Assembly (NCBI GenBank): GCA_965263355.1 | Contig: CBDHHL010000048.1 | Coordinates: 64,001-128,000 of the forward strand | Length of the DNA stretch: 64,000 nucleotides | From: Leptolyngbyaceae cyanobacterium | GTDB lineage: Bacteria > Cyanobacteriota > Cyanobacteriia > Phormidesmidales > Phormidesmidaceae | Direction: 5' to 3' | The notes under the pieces: generated by a model | What the model was told of the DNA's origin: nothing | What the model saw: only the letters and a program-made list of their open reading frames with translations | The model's database searches: none | Program-made: the position numbers and the translations under genes | Shown here: piece by piece, positions 40,919 through 53,413 of the stretch | Layout of the letters: each line of letters starts with the position of its first letter | Position numbering within the stretch: position 1 is the stretch's first letter

Positions 40919-43900
40919 ATGGGTAGTAAGCGTTTAGATAATATGCAATCGAATCAGCAAGTTAACGACCTTGAGCCTTTGGGTCCCAAAGCACTGGTGG
41001 AGGAACGAGATGCTTGTGGTGTCGGGTTTATTGCTGATCAGCAAGGCCGTGCCAGTCACCGCTTAGTTACCGATGCCCTGCATGCCCTTAGCTGTATGGA
41101 ACATCGAGGAGGTTGCTGTGCCGACCAGGATTCTGGTGATGGTGCAGGCATTATGACCGCCATTCCTTGGAAGATTTTGCAGCGTTGGTCTGGCAACCAA
41201 TCACTCAAACTTGGCAATATTGGTGTCGGCATGACATTTTTACCCCGTCATGGGGTAGCGGCAGACATTGCCAAACAAAAATTTGCCCAGGTCACTGAGG
41301 CGGCTGGTATGACCTTGCTTGGTTGGCGACCTGTGCCCGTAGCATCAGATACTCTGGGTGCCCTGGCACGAGAATTTGAACCTCGCATTGAGCAAGTGCT
41401 AGTGGAATCTACGGCAACAGGCAATCAGCTAGAACGACAATTATTCTTATTACGCCGTGCCTGGCTACGAGCCCTAGAAGCTTTCCAAGGTACAGAAGAG
41501 CTTACTGTCGCTTTGCAAGAAGCTTACATGTGTTCTTTCTCCAGTCGTACCATAGTCTATAAGGGTATGGTACGCAGTGAGGTGCTAGGTCAGTTCTACT
41601 TGGATTTACAAGATAGCGACTACGAAAGTGCTTTTGCAGTCTATCACCGTCGTTTTAGCACTAATACGATGCCGAAGTGGCCATTAGCTCATCCAATGCG
41701 GTTATTGGGTCACAACGGTGAAATTAATACTCTGATCGGTAATATTAACTGGATGACGGCCCGTGAAGCGGATTTAGCTAGCCCAGTTTGGGGAGAGAGT
41801 ATTGAACAGCTAAAGCCACTTGTGAACGCTGACAATAGCGATTCAGCAAACTTAGACAACGTTATGGAATTGTTGGTGCGCTCAGGACGTACCCCGACCC
41901 AGGCCTTGATGATGATGGTGCCTGAGGCCTATCTCAACCAGCCTGAACTGCTCAGTTACCCTGAGATTACAGACTTTTACGAATACTATAGCGGTGTACA
42001 AGAACCCTGGGACGGTCCTGCTCTGATAGTCTTTAGCGATGGCAAGCAAGTGGGTGCTGCTCTAGACCGCAACGGCCTCCGTCCGGCTCGCTACGCTATC
42101 ACCCGCAGTGGTTATCTAGTGGTCTCCTCTGAGGCAGGTGTTGTTGAGCTGCCTGTAGAAGACGTGGTGGAAAAAGGGCGACTGGGTCCTGGTCAGATGA
42201 TCGCTATTGACTTTGAAACCCATGAAATTCTAAAAAATTGGCATATCAAGCAGCGGGTGGCCCAAGCTCAACCCTATGGAGACTGGCTACGCAACCATCG
42301 ACAAGAAATTTCTCCCCAACTGTTTCGCGAGCAGCCCTATCTAGAGGGAAAATCCCTATTAACCCAACAAACGGCCTTTGGCTACACCGCTGAAGATCTG
42401 GATATGGTTATTCAGGATATGGCGGCCCAAGGAAAGGAACCCACTTACTGCATGGGAAACGATGCTCCCCTGGCAGTGCTATCGGAAAAACCTCATCTAC
42501 TGTATAACTACTTCAAACAGCGGTTTGCCCAGGTGACTAATCCCCCTATCGATCCTCTGCGGGAGCGACTGGTGATGTCATTACAGATGCAGCTGGGACA
42601 GCGCAACAACCTATTAGAAGAAAAGCCCAGCCAGTTGATCAAACTGGACTCGCCGGTCATTAATGACAATGAACTGGCACTCATCCGTCAGGGTAATTTG
42701 CCGACGGCGACTATTTCGACGCTTTATGCTATCGAGGCTGGGCCGAATGGCTTAGGCTCAGCCCTCACAGTGCTGTGTGATCAAGCAGATGCAGCCGTTA
42801 AAGCCGGTGCTAAAATTCTGATCGTTAGCGATCGCATCGACACCAACGGCACCCCAGCCACAATATCCGCTACCCAAAGCTATATTCCTCCTCTATTAGC
42901 CATCGGTGCTGTACACCATCACCTGATCGGCAATGGTTTGCGGATGCGCACATCACTACTAGTGGATACGGCTCAGTGTTGGAGCACCCACCACTTTGCT
43001 TGCCTGATCGGCTATGGTGCAAGTGCCGTGTGTCCTTACCTTGCCCTAGAAAGCGTTCGCCACTGGTGGGCTACTAGCAAGACGCAAAAGCTGATGGCAA
43101 CTGGCAAACTGCCCGTGACCACGCTCAATGGTGCCCAGGCTAACTACCGTAAGGCCGTAGAATCTGGCTTGCTAAAGATTCTCTCTAAGATGGGAATTTC
43201 TCTGCTATCGAGCTATCAGGGCGCTCAAATTTTCGAAGCTATTGGAATTGGCCCCGAGCTATTGACTGCAGGCTTTAAGGGCAGCATTTCTCGTTTGGGT
43301 GGTCTGACATTGGCCGAGCTAGCCCAGGAAACCATGCGTTTCCACAGTAAGGCATTTCCGGAACTCACCGGTAAACGTCTAGAGCATATGGGCTTTGTCC
43401 AAGCCCGCCCCAAAGGTGAGTATCACAGCAACAGCCCACAGCTGACTAAATTGCTCCATAAGGCTGTCAAGTCCAATCAATACGATCACTACGCCCTGTA
43501 CCAGGAACAACTCAAGGGCAGTCCGGTTGCCGCTCTACGAGACTTGTTAGATTTCAAAAGCGACCGTGACGCTATCCCTGTCGAGCAGGTGGAGTCAGTT
43601 GAGGCCATTATGCGCCGCTTCTGCACTGGCGGTATGTCTTTAGGAGCCCTGTCTCGTGAGGCCCATGAGACATTGGCGATCGCAATGAACCGCATTGGCG
43701 GTAAATCTAACTCTGGTGAAGGGGGAGAAGACGCCATCCGTTTCCAAGCGATTAATGATGTGGACGATCATGGTCTGTCAGCCACACTGCCCCACCTTAA
43801 AGGCCTAAAATCTGGTGACACCGCTTGTTCTGCCATTAAACAAGTGGCCTCAGGTCGCTTTGGCGTTACCCCTGAGTACTTAATGAGCGCCAAACAAATT

Positions 43901-45571
43901 GAGATCAAAATGGCCCAGGGGGCTAAGCCTGGAGAAGGCGGACAGCTGCCTGGACGTAAAGTGAGCGAATACATTGCCTCACTACGACGCTCTAAACCTG
44001 GTGTAACCTTAATTTCCCCCCCACCTCACCACGATATCTATTCGATTGAGGATCTGGCTCAGCTGATCTTTGATTTACATCAAATCAATCCGGCGGCAGG
44101 GGTATCTGTCAAACTCGTGTCTGAAATTGGCATCGGCACCATTGCTGCGGGTGTTGCTAAAGCCAATGCCGATATCATTCAAGTCTCTGGTCACGATGGA
44201 GGGACTGGCGCATCACCCTTAAGCTCCATTAAGCATGCGGGTGTGCCTTGGGAGCTGGGTCTGACCGAAGTCCATCGGGTCCTGATGAAAAATCAGCTGC
44301 GAGATCGCGTCTTACTGCGGGTAGACGGTGGTCTTAAAACTGGTTGGGATGTGGTCATGGGGGCTCTAATGGGGGCCGAAGAATATGGCTTTGGCACCAT
44401 CGCAATGATTGCCGAGGGCTGCATTATGGCTCGTGTTTGCCATACCAATAGCTGTCCGGTCGGTGTCACCACTCAACGTGAAGAACTTCGTAAGCGCTTT
44501 ACCGGCATTCCCGAGCATGTGGTCAACTTCTTCTATTTTATGGCTGAGGAAGTGCGTTCACTACTAGCGCATTTGGGCTATCGGTCATTAAGTGAGGTGA
44601 TTGGTCGGGCTGATCTGCTGACCCCACGGGCTAACGCTAGTCTGACCAAAACCCAGGGGTTAACGTTAGACATCATTACTCAATTGCCTGATACGCGGCG
44701 CGATCGCAGCTGGTTAGACCATGGTGACATCAACAGCAACGGGCCTGTATTGGATGATCGACTCCTAGCAGATACCGATATTCAAACGGCCATCGCTAAT
44801 CAGGGTGAAATTAGCAAAACCTTTGATGTCACTAATACCGATCGCTCAGTAGGTGCCCGTATCTCTGGCAAAATTGCTAAACAGTATGGCAATAACGGCT
44901 TTGCTGGCGTGTTAAACCTTACCTTTAACGGTAGCGTTGGTCAGAGCTTTGGAGCCTTTAACCTGCCTGGCATGGGTCTACGTCTTGTGGGCGAAGCCAA
45001 TGACTATGTTGGCAAAGGCATGCATGGTGGCGAAATCATCATTACACCATTTGAGGGTATCCAATATGACCCATCTGAGCATGTCATCATCGGCAACACC
45101 TGTCTCTATGGTGCTACCGGCGGCACCCTCTATGCCTTTGGTAAAGCAGGTGAGCGTTTCGCCGTACGTAATTCCAAAGGTCAGGCAGTGATTGAGGGGG
45201 CGGGCGATCATTGCTGTGAATACATGACCGGTGGTGTTGTGGTTTGCCTTGGGGGCGTCGGTCGTAACGTGGGCGCAGGAATGACTGGCGGGTTAGGTTA
45301 CTTCCTAGATGAGCAAGGTGATTTTCCCACCCGGGTCAATCCTGAAATCGTCAAGGTGCAGCGAGTAATCACGGCAGCAGGAGCAAAACAGCTAGCAGAG
45401 ATGATTACACATCACGCAGAACGCACAGGCAGCACTAAGGCAGCTCGTATTTTAGCGGATTGGGATAGCTATTTGCCTATGTTCTGGCAGGTAGTACCAC
45501 CATCAGAAGCGGATCGTCCTGAAACTGTCGATACGGCTGAAACAGTTGCTACTACTTCGTTAATTAATTGA
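40919..45571 (+). CDS. glsF: Ferredoxin-dependent glutamate synthase (start uncertain: 40865, 40919 or 40943)
   Basis: DACGVGF Ntn nucleophile, FSTNT, HNGEIN, 3Fe-4[19 protein letters not shown]; no gltD small subunit adjacent. Confidence 0.92.
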   Translation: MGSKRLDNMQSNQQVNDLEPLGPKALVEERDACGVGFIADQQGRASHRLVTDALHALSCMEHRGGCCADQDSGDGAGIMTAIPWKILQRWSGNQSLKLGNIGVGMTFLPRHGVAADIAKQKFAQVTEAAGMTLLGWRPVPVASDTLGALAREFEPRIEQVLVESTATGNQLERQLFLLRRAWLRALEAFQGTEELTVALQEAYMCSFSSRTIVYKGMVRSEVLGQFYLDLQDSDYESAFAVYHRRFSTNTMPKWPLAHPMRLLGHNGEINTLIGNINWMTAREADLASPVWGESIEQLKPLVNADNSDSANLDNVMELLVRSGRTPTQALMMMVPEAYLNQPELLSYPEITDFYEYYSGVQEPWDGPALIVFSDGKQVGAALDRNGLRPARYAITRSGYLVVSSEAGVVELPVEDVVEKGRLGPGQMIAIDFETHEILKNWHIKQRVAQAQPYGDWLRNHRQEISPQLFREQPYLEGKSLLTQQTAFGYTAEDLDMVIQDMAAQGKEPTYCMGNDAPLAVLSEKPHLLYNYFKQRFAQVTNPPIDPLRERLVMSLQMQLGQRNNLLEEKPSQLIKLDSPVINDNELALIRQGNLPTATISTLYAIEAGPNGLGSALTVLCDQADAAVKAGAKILIVSDRIDTNGTPATISATQSYIPPLLAIGAVHHHLIGNGLRMRTSLLVDTAQCWSTHHFACLIGYGASAVCPYLALESVRHWWATSKTQKLMATGKLPVTTLNGAQANYRKAVESGLLKILSKMGISLLSSYQGAQIFEAIGIGPELLTAGFKGSISRLGGLTLAELAQETMRFHSKAFPELTGKRLEHMGFVQARPKGEYHSNSPQLTKLLHKAVKSNQYDHYALYQEQLKGSPVAALRDLLDFKSDRDAIPVEQVESVEAIMRRFCTGGMSLGALSREAHETLAIAMNRIGGKSNSGEGGEDAIRFQAINDVDDHGLSATLPHLKGLKSGDTACSAIKQVASGRFGVTPEYLMSAKQIEIKMAQGAKPGEGGQLPGRKVSEYIASLRRSKPGVTLISPPPHHDIYSIEDLAQLIFDLHQINPAAGVSVKLVSEIGIGTIAAGVAKANADIIQVSGHDGGTGASPLSSIKHAGVPWELGLTEVHRVLMKNQLRDRVLLRVDGGLKTGWDVVMGALMGAEEYGFGTIAMIAEGCIMARVCHTNSCPVGVTTQREELRKRFTGIPEHVVNFFYFMAEEVRSLLAHLGYRSLSEVIGRADLLTPRANASLTKTQGLTLDIITQLPDTRRDRSWLDHGDINSNGPVLDDRLLADTDIQTAIANQGEISKTFDVTNTDRSVGARISGKIAKQYGNNGFAGVLNLTFNGSVGQSFGAFNLPGMGLRLVGEANDYVGKGMHGGEIIITPFEGIQYDPSEHVIIGNTCLYGATGGTLYAFGKAGERFAVRNSKGQAVIEGAGDHCCEYMTGGVVVCLGGVGRNVGAGMTGGLGYFLDEQGDFPTRVNPEIVKVQRVITAAGAKQLAEMITHHAERTGSTKAARILADWDSYLPMFWQVVPPSEADRPETVDTAETVATTSLIN

Positions 45572-46164
45572 TGTTGCTTCAAAACGCCCTTAAAGAATGG
45601 GCTGTAGCTGTGGATGCCCTGGGGCAAGGTCAGACTATTTTATTGCTACGTAAAGGTGGCATTCGTGAGGTCGGCAATCGTTTTCAGGTCCCCCATCAAC
45701 GGGTATGGCTATACCCAACCTACGAACATCAAAAACCTAACTTGCTCAAACTTCAATGGGCTAAACAAGTCACCCCTGTCGCAGCTGGATGGCATCCAAC
45801 CCAGGTAACCATTCAAATGTGGGCTGACATTGCACATATATGGAGTGTGTACAATCAGCAGCCTATTGAATCGTTGCTACCTTTTCATATATGGAATCAG
45901 CAGTTTGTTACGGAACGCTTTCGATGGAAACCTAGTCAACCACTTCATCTACTATTGCTGCGAGTGCATCGACTCGTTACACCCGTGCAGATTGATTGGC
46001 AATCTGATTATGGTGGCTGTCGGTCCTGGCTAACCTTAAAAACTCCGTTAGAGACTAAGGCCTCTATGCCTGTGTTGGATGAACAAACCTGGTCAACAGC
46101 AGTACAAAGAATACATCGTCAAATCAGAGCAATTGAATCATCTGCACCATTGGCAAGTCCATGA
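45571..46164 (+). CDS. DUF1802 family protein
   Basis: ALKEWA, LLRKGGIRE, YPTYEHQ, YGGCRSW; ATG overlaps the glsF stop (TGATG). Confidence 0.85.
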   Translation: MLLQNALKEWAVAVDALGQGQTILLLRKGGIREVGNRFQVPHQRVWLYPTYEHQKPNLLKLQWAKQVTPVAAGWHPTQVTIQMWADIAHIWSVYNQQPIESLLPFHIWNQQFVTERFRWKPSQPLHLLLLRVHRLVTPVQIDWQSDYGGCRSWLTLKTPLETKASMPVLDEQTWSTAVQRIHRQIRAIESSAPLASP

Positions 46165-46340
46165 AATATTTCGACTCTTTTCGTTGCAAATAGTATCGAT
46201 TCAGTTATATTTGCCTACGTTTTGCAACCCTAATTTATATCGCAAGCAGTAACTATAAAGGAAAACCGACGATCCCCGCAAAGTCATCAAAATCAGCCAT
46301 ACAAAGTATAAGCTGCTCGCTTATTGAGGCAGTAATTTGA

Positions 46341-47432
<1,092 letters not shown>

Positions 47433-47488
47433 TATTGAGTCAGTCAAGCTCACACAATATTATTGACAGTTCCACGAACTATAAGCAT

Positions 47489-47516
47489 AAAAGCGACCCA
47501 AATTTGGGTCGCTTTT
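47489..47516. terminator. Bidirectional intrinsic terminator between convergent gap1 and psb32
   Basis: Perfect palindrome AAAAGCGACCCAAA/TTTGGGTCGCTTTT. Confidence 0.8.
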
Positions 47517-47611
47517 TCTAATTTGGATTACTTTTTCTAAAGACCCAACCCTATTCACCACTCACCACAAAAGTTGAAGGCCCATGCCCTTGTGTACCGC
47601 AACTTATCCCT

Positions 47612-48322
47612 TTAACCACCTATCGATTGATACCAGTAATAAGTTGCCATTGGGATAACTGTAGCCAAAATTAGCAGGATAACGACTATCCATATGGAAC
47701 TGGTCCGGTTTTCCTCGGTTTCTTCTGCAGTGGCAAACGTACCTTCCACATTGATGGTCTCTTCAATGATCGGTGGACCTGGATCAGGGTCTCCAGCTAG
47801 CACCGCCGCCAACCGCACAGTCGCATCGTCAAACGCCTGGTTATAACTATTATTTTTCAGCAGCGGCGCTTTCATTGTTTCCTGAGTAATGCTCTCAGCG
47901 ATGTCTTCAAGCAGTAGCGTAGCTGTTTCTTCACCGGCCTTGAGACCAATGCTATTGGTAACGTCATCTAAAACGATTACTGTCTGATTACTGCCTGATT
48001 CAGGAGTGGAGAACCAACGTGCAAATAGCTGTTCCGCAAAACTTTGAGCCGTTTCGCCATAATCCAGACGATGAATAGTAACGTAGCGAACTTCTTGCCC
48101 GGTAGCAGCTGCCAATTTTTGCAGATCTTTATTCAGATTGCTTTCATTGAGCCGAGTAATTTGATTGGCGTCGTCTAAAACCCAGTTGTCAGCATTAGGG
48201 CTTAGAGGCATGTCATATACCCCAGTCGCATTGGCTGGAGCAGCAATGGTGAGGCTAATGGCTAATGCGATCGCAACCACAACAATCCAGCGGCAGCGAT
48301 GAAATATCGAACTCAAGCGCAT
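47612..48322 (-). CDS. psb32: Photosystem II repair protein Psb32 (TPM domain)
   Basis: Signal peptide, VTIHRLDYGET, L.GDPDPGPP, C-terminal TM ending ATVIPMATYYWY. Confidence 0.88.
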   Translation of the reverse strand: MRLSSIFHRCRWIVVVAIALAISLTIAAPANATGVYDMPLSPNADNWVLDDANQITRLNESNLNKDLQKLAAATGQEVRYVTIHRLDYGETAQSFAEQLFARWFSTPESGSNQTVIVLDDVTNSIGLKAGEETATLLLEDIAESITQETMKAPLLKNNSYNQAFDDATVRLAAVLAGDPDPGPPIIEETINVEGTFATAEETEENRTSSIWIVVILLILATVIPMATYYWYQSIGG

Positions 48323-48465
48323 GATGTTTCAAGAAGCAGCAATCGAGTAGCTAAACCACATCTGAATAGCTACCCTAATCACTACTATAGAGGACCACAT
48401 GGACCTGAGGATAGCGGACATCAAGGTACGCAAGCACAAAAAATAGATGCTTAGCAATAGATAGC

Positions 48466-48669
48466 TTAAAACGAAACAGTCACAATACAACCGTCCGCGA
48501 TAGCACTGTCTAATATTTGTAGCTGTCGTTTTTCCACAGTAGTCAAACTATTTTTTTTGCGATACTGTTCAACCGCCTGGGCGACACCGGGGGTGAGTTC
48601 ACCATTCATAAGTGCTGTACGCACTAACACTTCTAAATCTTTGCCAACCAGTTGAGAGGTGTTGAACAT
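48466..48669 (-). CDS. Small hypothetical protein (67 aa)
   Basis: ATG-initiated ORF filling the gap between same-strand genes; helical pattern. Confidence 0.6.
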   Translation of the reverse strand: MFNTSQLVGKDLEVLVRTALMNGELTPGVAQAVEQYRKKNSLTTVEKRQLQILDSAIADGCIVTVSF

Positions 48670-48841
48670 AGTAAAAAAGTTGGATAAATGAGTGACTGTT
48701 TATACATTCGCGATCATTTATTCAACTTCCGGATCAAAGGCGTCTTAGCACCAAGAATTTTCTCGCTGAAAGAGCATTTAACAATTGTCTCCCCCCCTCT
48801 TAACGGTTGTCCTCACCAGTAGGCGATAGCCTCAAACGTCT

Positions 48842-49501
48842 TTAGTCTTTTGTGAAATGCTGATGGGCTGCTAAGGCAATAGCGGCTGGATAAATCCGGT
48901 GTTCCTGGACTTGAATACGTGCCTGTAGGCTCTCTTCAGTATCTCCAGTTAACACAGGAACCACCGCCTGCATAACAATCGGTCCACTATCCACCACCAA
49001 CTCCACATGATGGACGGTACAGCCCGCCAGTTTAACTCCAGCATCTAAGGCTTGTCGGACCGCATGCAGACCAGGAAAGCTCGGCAATAGACTGGGATGA
49101 ATATTCAGTAAACGCCCACTAAATGCATCAATTAGCTGCTGGGTAACGCGCCGCATCCACCCAGCCATAATCACCCAGTCAACATCATGGTTTGTCAGGG
49201 TATCGACAATCGCCTGATCCAGCGCCTCCCGTGACGGAAACTCACGATGATTTAAGAGGACGTTGGGAATAGACCATCTGGCTGCTCGTTCAAACACTTT
49301 AGCGCCAGGATTATTGCCAATAACAACATTGACCTGGGCCTTGAGTTCTAAACGCTCAATCGCAGTCATAATGGCCTCAAAATTACTGCCATTACCCGAT
49401 GCTAAAACACCTAATTTCAGGACAGGATAAGTTAACGTCTGACAGTCGATATCCGGTGATAGCAAGTGATCAGGACACCCCTTGGCAGGAAAAGAACCCA
49501 T
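48842..49501 (-). CDS. purN: Phosphoribosylglycinamide formyltransferase
   Basis: ASGNGSN, AGWMR, NIHPSLLP, VDSGP, EH. Confidence 0.95.
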   Translation of the reverse strand: MGSFPAKGCPDHLLSPDIDCQTLTYPVLKLGVLASGNGSNFEAIMTAIERLELKAQVNVVIGNNPGAKVFERAARWSIPNVLLNHREFPSREALDQAIVDTLTNHDVDWVIMAGWMRRVTQQLIDAFSGRLLNIHPSLLPSFPGLHAVRQALDAGVKLAGCTVHHVELVVDSGPIVMQAVVPVLTGDTEESLQARIQVQEHRIYPAAIALAAHQHFTKD

Positions 49502-49663
49502 AGTCTACAACAAGCAACAAACTCTAGAATTTTACAGGCCATAGGCAGCGTTCATTTGATTAACTGTGACCTCAGTATAATCACGGATTTTCCAAAATAA
49601 AGTTGATGTAACGATACATCGTTAAACGTTTTTGGAAAATCCAGGGCATAGTTAAGAAAACCC

Positions 49664-51370
49664 ATGACCATGTCTTGCCCTCGTCAAATGAATCTATCTG
49701 TCGCTTCAAATATTGATGCCCACGATTCGATTCACTACATGGCTAATTTGCTAAATGCGATCGCAGCCCCAGTTTATGCAAAGAGCCAAGATCATCAGTG
49801 GCTGTTTGCTAACCTTGCTTGCTGTAAGCTTCTGGATACCCCACTAGAGCAATTGATCGGGAGGATTGACCATGATGTAGTGGCCGTAATTGATGCGGAT
49901 TTATTGAGAACGCAAGATACCCGTTTTTTCACCCATGGGACCAGTTCTGATCAGCCCATTAGGATCAATACCTGTGCTGATCAACGTTACTTTTTAGGGG
50001 AGCGCGCTCTACTGCAAACAGCCGAAGGGCCGATTTTGGTTAATACTCTCAAAGACGTGAGTGAGCTGATTCAGAGTCGTCATACTAACAGTACTTTGAA
50101 AAAACAGTTAGAAAAGCGTAACTGTGATCTGGAACGGCTAAGTGAGTTTGAAGCCACCTTAAAACGAATTACCGACCGAGTACGCGACAGTCTTGACGAA
50201 AAACAAATTTTACAAACAGCCGTCCAAGAAATTACTGAAGCTCTCAATGTCAGGGGTTCGAACACCTCTCTTTATGACCTTGAGCAAGGCACTTCTACGA
50301 TTTATTACGAATACACCACACTGCCCTCTGACCGTGGCCGTGTATCTCAACTGGAGGCATTTGCCGAAGTCTATTCTCAATTGTTAGAGGGCCATTACCT
50401 GCAGTTTTGCTCTATTGATCCCAATCCAGTGCGCGGATTAGTGTCGATGTTGGCTTGTCCAATTTTGGATGACCGAGGCGTTCTTGGTGATCTATGGCTG
50501 ATTAACAACAAAGAACATGGCTTTAGCGAATATGAAATTCGTCTAGTACAGCAGGTAGCAAACCAGTGTGCCATTGCCATTCGTCAAGCACGTCTCTATC
50601 AAGAATCCCAGTCCCAGGTACGAGAACTTGAGCAAGTCAATCACCTCAAGGACGACTTTTTGAGTACGGTTTCCCACGAACTACGCACACCCGTCACCAG
50701 CATGCGAGTGGCGCTACAGTTGCTTGGGGTTAGCCTCACCCAAGAACTTGATCTAGAAGCAGAACTGGCCAAACCGGATGCTGAACAAGGCCGCATTGCC
50801 CGCTACTATCGCATCCTTAAAGAAGAATGTGAACGCGAAATTAGCTTGATTAACGACCTGCTAGATCTACAGCGTTTGGATGTAGGCAACCACGAGTTGG
50901 CATTACAAAACATTCAAATTAACGAATGGCTCCCAGCTCTAGTTAATAGTTTTCAAGAACGGGCCACTAGCCGTAATCAAAAGCTGAACGTGGTCATTGC
51001 AGAAAATACTCCTATCTTGAAATCAGATTTGTCGAGTCTGGATCGCATCTGGGCAGAACTGCTCAATAACGCTTGTAAATATACTCCCCCAGGCGAAGAA
51101 ATCACCCTTTCTGTAGTGCCAATAAACAGCGATCACTTGCAATTCGCCCTCATAAATACAGGGGTGGAAATCCCTCAAAATGAACTACCACGTATTTTTG
51201 ATAAGTTTTACCGGGTGCCCAGCGCTGACCCATGGAAACAAGGAGGTACCGGCTTGGGGCTAGCTCTGGTTCAGAAGCTTGTGCAACATATCAACGGTGA
51301 GATTAAAGTCACCAGTGGAAATCATCAGACGTGTTTTACGATTGAGTTACCGCTATCGTTTACACCGTGA
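49664..51370 (+). CDS. PAS-GAF sensor histidine kinase
   Basis: PAS-like N-terminus, GAF ending QCAIAIRQARL, SHELRTP, ELLNNACKY, GGTGLGL; no adjacent response regulator. Confidence 0.9.
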   Translation: MTMSCPRQMNLSVASNIDAHDSIHYMANLLNAIAAPVYAKSQDHQWLFANLACCKLLDTPLEQLIGRIDHDVVAVIDADLLRTQDTRFFTHGTSSDQPIRINTCADQRYFLGERALLQTAEGPILVNTLKDVSELIQSRHTNSTLKKQLEKRNCDLERLSEFEATLKRITDRVRDSLDEKQILQTAVQEITEALNVRGSNTSLYDLEQGTSTIYYEYTTLPSDRGRVSQLEAFAEVYSQLLEGHYLQFCSIDPNPVRGLVSMLACPILDDRGVLGDLWLINNKEHGFSEYEIRLVQQVANQCAIAIRQARLYQESQSQVRELEQVNHLKDDFLSTVSHELRTPVTSMRVALQLLGVSLTQELDLEAELAKPDAEQGRIARYYRILKEECEREISLINDLLDLQRLDVGNHELALQNIQINEWLPALVNSFQERATSRNQKLNVVIAENTPILKSDLSSLDRIWAELLNNACKYTPPGEEITLSVVPINSDHLQFALINTGVEIPQNELPRIFDKFYRVPSADPWKQGGTGLGLALVQKLVQHINGEIKVTSGNHQTCFTIELPLSFTP

Positions 51371-51419
51371 AAGCGATAGCAAAACCATGGATTAAATCGG
51401 TCCATATCAGGAGGTAATT

Positions 51420-52082
51420 GTGGTAGCAGTCCCATCAGAAACCAGCCTAGAAACCTACGAAGGGCAGTTTGGGCCCTTTGTGATTACTCCAGATGATCGA
51501 CGGGAGGTCGTCATTTATCGTGGGGGTCTCACCTTAGCCTCTCTCAGTTTTGCCCTGGGTGTGGTGATGTTAACCCTGGGCAATGGCAGCCCTGGACTGA
51601 TGTGGGCAATATCTGCGTGTTATCTGGCCATGTGGCTGGGTCTGGGGGTAAGCCTTTGGTTTATTCATATTTATCTACGTCCCCTACATCAAGCATTGCA
51701 AGGATTTTGGTTAGTAGGCGGCTTAGCTAGTTTAGGCATTGCGATCGCCATACCAAAACCCTTGGCCTTAACCGTATATGAACAGCCCTTTTCTATCTTG
51801 GGCATCGGTTTTACCTTCGCTGCCTTAACCGGCATCTTCTTTAAAGAGGCCTTTTGTTTTAATCGACTAGAGACAAAACTCCTGGTCCCCATAGTACCGA
51901 CTTTGCTTTTAACCCATATGGTAGGCGCTGTACCTGGTTCCATAGCTCGGGGACTACTGATCGTGTGGGCAATTTTGTTTATTGTTTTTGCGCTCCGTAA
52001 GGTGCTACAACCCATTCCCGATGACATTGGCGATAAAAGCGTTTTTGACTATCTCAAGCAACAGCGACAGGCAAACGCGTAG
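51420..52082 (+). CDS. DUF2301 family membrane protein
   Basis: YEGQFG, IHIYLRPLH, FKEAFCF, DIGDKSVF; AGGAGG upstream of GTG start. Confidence 0.82.
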   Translation: MVAVPSETSLETYEGQFGPFVITPDDRREVVIYRGGLTLASLSFALGVVMLTLGNGSPGLMWAISACYLAMWLGLGVSLWFIHIYLRPLHQALQGFWLVGGLASLGIAIAIPKPLALTVYEQPFSILGIGFTFAALTGIFFKEAFCFNRLETKLLVPIVPTLLLTHMVGAVPGSIARGLLIVWAILFIVFALRKVLQPIPDDIGDKSVFDYLKQQRQANA

Positions 52083-52089
52083 GGACATT

Positions 52090-52121
52090 TTTTAGGGGCG
52101 TTGCATGTAACGCCCCTAAAA
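52090..52121. repeat. REP-like hairpin / probable terminator between the DUF2301 gene and dprA
   Basis: TTTTAGGGGCGTTGCATGTAACGCCCCTAAAA near-perfect palindrome. Confidence 0.65.
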
Positions 52122-52172
52122 TCGGTTTATTCATGGGCATCCTAGAATCGTTAACACAACGGAACCCCTAGG

Positions 52173-53360
52173 TTGGAACGAGCATATTGGCTGGCTTGGT
52201 CAAAGATCAAAGACGTGGGGCCAGTTTTAATCAAACGACTACATGAGCGGTTTGGGTCATTAGCATTAGCTTGGCAAGCAGACCCAGCTGACCTGCTCAG
52301 TGTAGATGGAATTGGCCTAGTGACAGCGGATCAGATTCGTGAGCTGCGATCGCAACTCATCCCTGAACAGCTTCTCAAAAATCATGAGACACAGTACCCC
52401 CACTTTTGGACCCCCGCCGACCCAGACTACCCCAGGCTGCTATGGCAAATTCCAGATCCACCTCCTGTCCTCTACTATCGAGGCCCCTTACGCCCTAACG
52501 ATTCGCTAACTGTCACTGCAAGCATTGTCGGCACCCGCCATCCCAGCCCCTATGGACGTCGCTGGACTCAGCGGTTAAGCCGTCGCCTGAGTCAACGCCA
52601 GATCACCATTGTTTCTGGCATGGCCAATGGCATTGACACCTATGCTCACCAAAGCTGCCTAGATCACCAGGGTCAAACCATAGCCGTACTGGGAAACGGT
52701 GTAGATATCATTTATCCCCGCAACAACGAGCAGCTTTACCAAGAAATTCTAGAAACAGGGCTAGTTTTAAGTGAATATCCCGATGGTACCCCACCAGATC
52801 GTGGCCATTTTCCCCGCCGTAACCGCATCATTGCTGGCCTCAGCCACGCCACCCTGGTCACCGAAGCGCCGGAACGATCAGGAGCTTTAATCACAGCCTA
52901 TTTAGCCAATGACTATGGTCGCCATGTTTACGCCTTACCAGATGGACTAGACAATCCCACCTGCCGTGGGTGTTTAGTCCTGATTAATACTGGAGCAGGC
53001 ATCATTATGGGCGAAGATCAGTTAGTCAAAGAGTTGCTTAATATTGGTATAACCAATCAGAAAACCCACAAAGATAGCAATCACGCAAACAGGACCAGCG
53101 AGGCAGCTAGAAAATCAACGACCATGACCGATAATACCTCTGCGGTCGTTTCAGATAATCAGCCTGAGAGAATCTTAGAAGCTGAGTTGGATGTAGGCTT
53201 ACAACATATCTTGCAAAACATTCCCGACACACCCATCAGCCTAGACAACCTAGTAAAAACCACCCAGCTAGACACCAGTGCCCTACTAGGTGGTTTATTA
53301 CAATTGGAACTTGTAGGTCTGATTACTCAGTTACCAGGTGGCCAGTATCAGCGCAAATAA
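52173..53360 (+). CDS. dprA: DNA-processing protein DprA
   Basis: IVGTR, VSGMANGID, FPRRNRII, SGALITA, C-terminal LELVG..PGG winged helix; TTG start. Confidence 0.93.
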   Translation: MERAYWLAWSKIKDVGPVLIKRLHERFGSLALAWQADPADLLSVDGIGLVTADQIRELRSQLIPEQLLKNHETQYPHFWTPADPDYPRLLWQIPDPPPVLYYRGPLRPNDSLTVTASIVGTRHPSPYGRRWTQRLSRRLSQRQITIVSGMANGIDTYAHQSCLDHQGQTIAVLGNGVDIIYPRNNEQLYQEILETGLVLSEYPDGTPPDRGHFPRRNRIIAGLSHATLVTEAPERSGALITAYLANDYGRHVYALPDGLDNPTCRGCLVLINTGAGIIMGEDQLVKELLNIGITNQKTHKDSNHANRTSEAARKSTTMTDNTSAVVSDNQPERILEAELDVGLQHILQNIPDTPISLDNLVKTTQLDTSALLGGLLQLELVGLITQLPGGQYQRK

Positions 53361-53413
53361 AGGTAAGGTACCAACTTGTATGAGACTTTAATTTTTGAGA
53401 CTACAAGCTAAGC

